In this document: positions 60,943 through 64,000 of the stretch, one piece after another | Numbering within the stretch: position 1 is the stretch's first letter | How the letters are laid out: every line of letters begins with the position of its first letter | Origin: Deltaproteobacteria bacterium | GTDB taxonomy: Bacteria; Myxococcota_A; Polyangia; Polyangiales; Houyiibacteriaceae | Assembly: GCA_034670305.1 (NCBI GenBank) | Contig: JAXMNT010000007.1 | Span: 32,001-96,000, forward strand | DNA length: 64,000 bases | Direction: 5' to 3' | Made by a program: the position numbers and the translations under genes | The notes under the pieces: generated by a model | The model's input: the letters and a program-made list of their open reading frames with translations, nothing else | Told to the model about the DNA's origin: nothing | The model's database searches: none

Positions 60943-61218
60943 TCCCGGACCGTTTGTTGTCCGAGGGGATGGGCGCATCCCCCTCCGGCCTGCGGGGCAA
61001 AGCCCCTCCGGCCTCCTCCCCAACTTCGCTTCGCGCAAAGTGCTGCGCACTTTGACCGTCTTCGGCGCACTCGACCGGCGAGGGTGGTCGAGTGAGCCAT
61101 CGCACGGGACGAATCCGGCGCCTCCGAGCCCCTGGAGAAGGACGCATTGGGGCGGGTTGCCGCAGTGAATTGAGCGTGATATGTCGTCGCCGACAAAGCT
61201 TCGGGGTTGCGCTTCGGG

Positions 61219-61244
61219 GTGGGCCACATGGCCTGCCCATTTTT
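61219..61244 (+). promoter_or_regulatory. rimP leader hairpin (terminator/attenuator-like)
   Basis: GTGGGC...GCCCAT-TTTT upstream of rimP, resembling the leader stem commonly seen before rimP. Confidence 0.55.
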
Positions 61245-61359
61245 GTCTCTAGACCACGATTTTCACTGCGATTGAACGCGGCCCCGAACCACGCCCACCT
61301 TGCACATCACCTCCCACCAGACGTTTCCCCTCGGCACGCGCCCCACACCCACCACCCCC

Positions 61360-61863
61360 ATGGTCCAAGATCGACAGTCGCTGCTCGAAGAACTCGCCGA
61401 GCCCGTGTGCGCCGCACATGGGTGCGAGCTCGTACAGCTGCGTCAGGTGCAGGGGAAGGGTGGCTGGACGTTCCAGGTGATCATCGATTGCCCACGCGCC
61501 GACGGTGGCGAGGGCAGTGGGGTGACGCTCGAGGAGTGCACCGGCGTCAGCCGTGATCTCGGCGACGCCCTCGATGTCCACGAGTCCGCGCTGCCGACGA
61601 AGTACCGGCTCGAGGTGAGCTCGCCCGGTCTCGAGCGCCCACTCGTCAAACTGCCCGACTTCGAGCGTTTCTCCGGCAAGGAGATCACGCTCAAGACCCA
61701 CGTCCCGATCTCGATCGACGGTGCGGCCAAACCCCGCAAGAGCTTCCAGGGGCTCCTGTTGGGTGTGTCCGACGGGCACCTCGTTCGACTCGACGAGGAC
61801 GGGGTAATCGTCTCGATCCCTCACGACTCCATCGCGAGGGCCAACCTCGTCTTTCGGTTCTAG
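61360..61863 (+). CDS. rimP: Ribosome maturation factor RimP
   Basis: GVTLEECTGVSR, YRLEVSSPGLERPL, FERFSG. Lies upstream of nusA. Confidence 0.95.
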   Translation: MVQDRQSLLEELAEPVCAAHGCELVQLRQVQGKGGWTFQVIIDCPRADGGEGSGVTLEECTGVSRDLGDALDVHESALPTKYRLEVSSPGLERPLVKLPDFERFSGKEITLKTHVPISIDGAAKPRKSFQGLLLGVSDGHLVRLDEDGVIVSIPHDSIARANLVFRF

Positions 61864-61926
61864 TTCTCTGGTCCTCGCCCGTTCGCGGGCGCGCCAGACC
61901 CTGTCACGCAGACACCTAGGTACGTC

Positions 61927-63741
61927 ATGTCCCAACAAGCACCGCCCAGTCTCATGCAAGTCATCGAATCGGTCAGCCAAGAGAAGGGGATCGAACACGC
62001 GATCCTCATCGAGGCGATCGAGCAGGCGATCCTCACCGCCGCCAAACGACAGTTCGGCATCGGTCGGGAGCTCGAGGCCGAGTTCAACAAAGAGACCGGC
62101 GCCGTCGATCTCAAGATGTACATGACGGTGGTCGAGGAGATCGACGACGACGAGACCGAGATCTCGCTCGCGGACGCGCGTCGCCACGGACTCGACGACG
62201 AAGAGAACCCGCTCGCCGAGGGCGAAGAGCTGGGGTTCCAGATCTTCTACCTTCCGCAGGACGCGGACGAAGCCCGCAAGCAGGACCGAGAGTACGGCAC
62301 GCTGCTCGGCATCTCCCAGGCCCGGCAGGGCTTCGGTCGCATCGCGGCGCAGACCGCCAAGCAGGTCATCATCCAGCGGGTGCGGGACGCCGAGCGCGAG
62401 CGCATCTTCGCGGAGTTCAAGAATCGCAAGGGCGAGCTCATCAGCGGCACCGTGCGGCGCTTCGAGCGCGGCTCGAACATCATCGTCGAGCTCGACCGCT
62501 CGAGCGAAGGACAGCAGCGCACGGTCGAGGCCGTGTTGCCGCCCCGAGAGCAGACGCCCCGCGAGAGCTACCGGCCCGGCGATCGAATCGTCGCACTGCT
62601 CAAGGACATCGACCGCGAAGCGCGCGGTCCGCAGATCATCCTCTCCCGTTCGGATGTCGGCCTGCTTCGCAAGCTCTTCGAGATGGAAGTCCCCGAGATC
62701 TACGAAGGCATCGTGAAGATCGTGGCCGCCGCCCGCGAGCCCGGCGCGCGTTCGAAGATCGCGGTCAGCAGCCGCGACAGCGATGTGGATCCGGTCGGCG
62801 CATGCGTCGGCATGAAGGGCTCCCGCGTTCAGGCGGTGGTCCAGGAACTGCGTGGCGAGAAGATCGACATCGTGCCGTTCGACCGCGACCCGGCCCGCTT
62901 CGTTTGCAACGCCATTGCGCCGGCCGAGGTGGTCCGGGTGGTCATCGACGAGACGAACAACACGATGGAACTCGTCGTGCCCGACGCCAAGCTCAGCCTG
63001 GCGATCGGACGGCGTGGCCAGAACGTGCGGCTCGCCTCTCAGCTGACCAACTGGAAACTCGACATCGTCAGCGAGCAGCGCTTCAAGGACATGGAAGAAG
63101 AGTCCATGCGGGTGCTCTCGCGGGTCGACGACGACGAAGAGATCGCGCGCAGCCTCTACCGCATGGGTTTCCGAACCCTCGACGAGGTCGCCGAGGCGAG
63201 CGAAGAAGAACTCGTGGGTGTCGATGGCATCGACAAGAGCAACGTCGGCCGGCTCAAGGAGCAGGCGTCCAAGGCGCTGGAAGAAGTTCGGCTCGAGCGC
63301 ATCGCAGAAGCGGCAACCAAGCCCGACCTTCCCACGGAGAAGGAACGCCTCGTCCTCGTGCGCGGCGTGACCGACCGGATCGCCGACCAGCTCGAACGCG
63401 GTGGCTACGGCAACCTGCTCGCGATCATGAAGGAGATGGATGTCGATCGTTTCGCGATCCGCACCCGCATCCCGCATGAGCAAGCACAGCTTCTCAAGAA
63501 GTCGATCGAAGCCTTCGTGAAGGAAGACTGGCCGCGCATCGAAGCGGGCGTCGTCGAGGCCAAGAAGGTCGAGATGGCCCGCATCGAAAAAGAGGAAGCC
63601 GAGGAGCTGCGACTGGCTGAAGAAGCCGCCGCCGCCGCCGCGCTGATCGCGGAGAGCGCACCCGAGGCCGCCGAGGGCGCGACACTCGAAGCCGCGCCGA
63701 CCGACGCTCCGGACAACGCACCCGTAGGCGAGGGCGCCTGA
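61927..63741 (+). CDS. nusA: Transcription termination/antitermination factor NusA, long form
   Basis: [14 protein letters not shown]1 domain, [33 protein letters not shown]; acidic HhH-like extension. Confidence 0.97.
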   Translation: MSQQAPPSLMQVIESVSQEKGIEHAILIEAIEQAILTAAKRQFGIGRELEAEFNKETGAVDLKMYMTVVEEIDDDETEISLADARRHGLDDEENPLAEGEELGFQIFYLPQDADEARKQDREYGTLLGISQARQGFGRIAAQTAKQVIIQRVRDAERERIFAEFKNRKGELISGTVRRFERGSNIIVELDRSSEGQQRTVEAVLPPREQTPRESYRPGDRIVALLKDIDREARGPQIILSRSDVGLLRKLFEMEVPEIYEGIVKIVAAAREPGARSKIAVSSRDSDVDPVGACVGMKGSRVQAVVQELRGEKIDIVPFDRDPARFVCNAIAPAEVVRVVIDETNNTMELVVPDAKLSLAIGRRGQNVRLASQLTNWKLDIVSEQRFKDMEEESMRVLSRVDDDEEIARSLYRMGFRTLDEVAEASEEELVGVDGIDKSNVGRLKEQASKALEEVRLERIAEAATKPDLPTEKERLVLVRGVTDRIADQLERGGYGNLLAIMKEMDVDRFAIRTRIPHEQAQLLKKSIEAFVKEDWPRIEAGVVEAKKVEMARIEKEEAEELRLAEEAAAAAALIAESAPEAAEGATLEAAPTDAPDNAPVGEGA

Positions 63742-63742
63742 G

Positions 63743-64000
63743 ATGAACGCGACTCCGGATGGCACGACCCCACGTTCGCCGCGCGACCCCGTCGCGCCGG
63801 TGCGGACGTGTGTCGGCTGCCGGAGTCCACGTCCCCAGGAGGACCTCGTGCGTCTCGCGGTGGTCCCCGATGCCCCCTACGTCGTACCGGACGCCAAGGG
63901 GGCCCTGGGCGGCCGTGGGGTGTGGGTGATGCCGAACCCGACGTGCCTGGAGCGCGCCGCGAAGAAGGGCGGGTTCTCCCGATCCCTCAAGCGGCAGGTG
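63743..64000 (+). CDS. YlxR/DUF448 family protein (cut by the window end)
   Basis: PVRTCVGCR...DLVRL...GRGVWV...CLERA, directly after nusA. Confidence 0.85.
   Translation, partial: MNATPDGTTPRSPRDPVAPVRTCVGCRSPRPQEDLVRLAVVPDAPYVVPDAKGALGGRGVWVMPNPTCLERAAKKGGFSRSLKRQV

Noticed and set aside
61249..63765. 838-aa minus-strand ORF over rimP-nusA (likewise 39495-42479 and 50238-52346)
   Set aside because: Antisense shadows of well-supported conserved genes.

Overview
A gene-dense, very GC-rich bacterial chromosome segment. A MYXO-CTERM-type surface protein, a giant AgmK/GltI-like TPR protein and a long NusA point to Myxococcota (inference). Most of it is core genome: asd, truA, a split riboflavin cluster (nrdR-ribD divergent from ribB(A)-ribH-nusB), valS, ino1 and rimP-nusA-ylxR, mixed with envelope proteins and lipoproteins. 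I found no rRNA, tRNA, CRISPR-cas, integrase or transposase. The items most worth following up are: (1) a 36-bp palindromic intergenic repeat with four exact copies in two doublets around a His-rich membrane protein, plus a degenerate inverted copy 53 kb away; (2) an SRPBCC domain fused to a very long histone-H1-like Lys/Ala/Thr tail; (3) a barrel-less POTRA lipoprotein coupled to an M48 protease; (4) a 42-aa basic ORF missed by the ORF track that has its own promoter; (5) a window-wide leaderless-mRNA signature; (6) a lipoprotein ending in four Cx3C motifs at an exact 11-residue period. All family calls come from motifs read by eye, not database searches, and many start codons are my best estimate.
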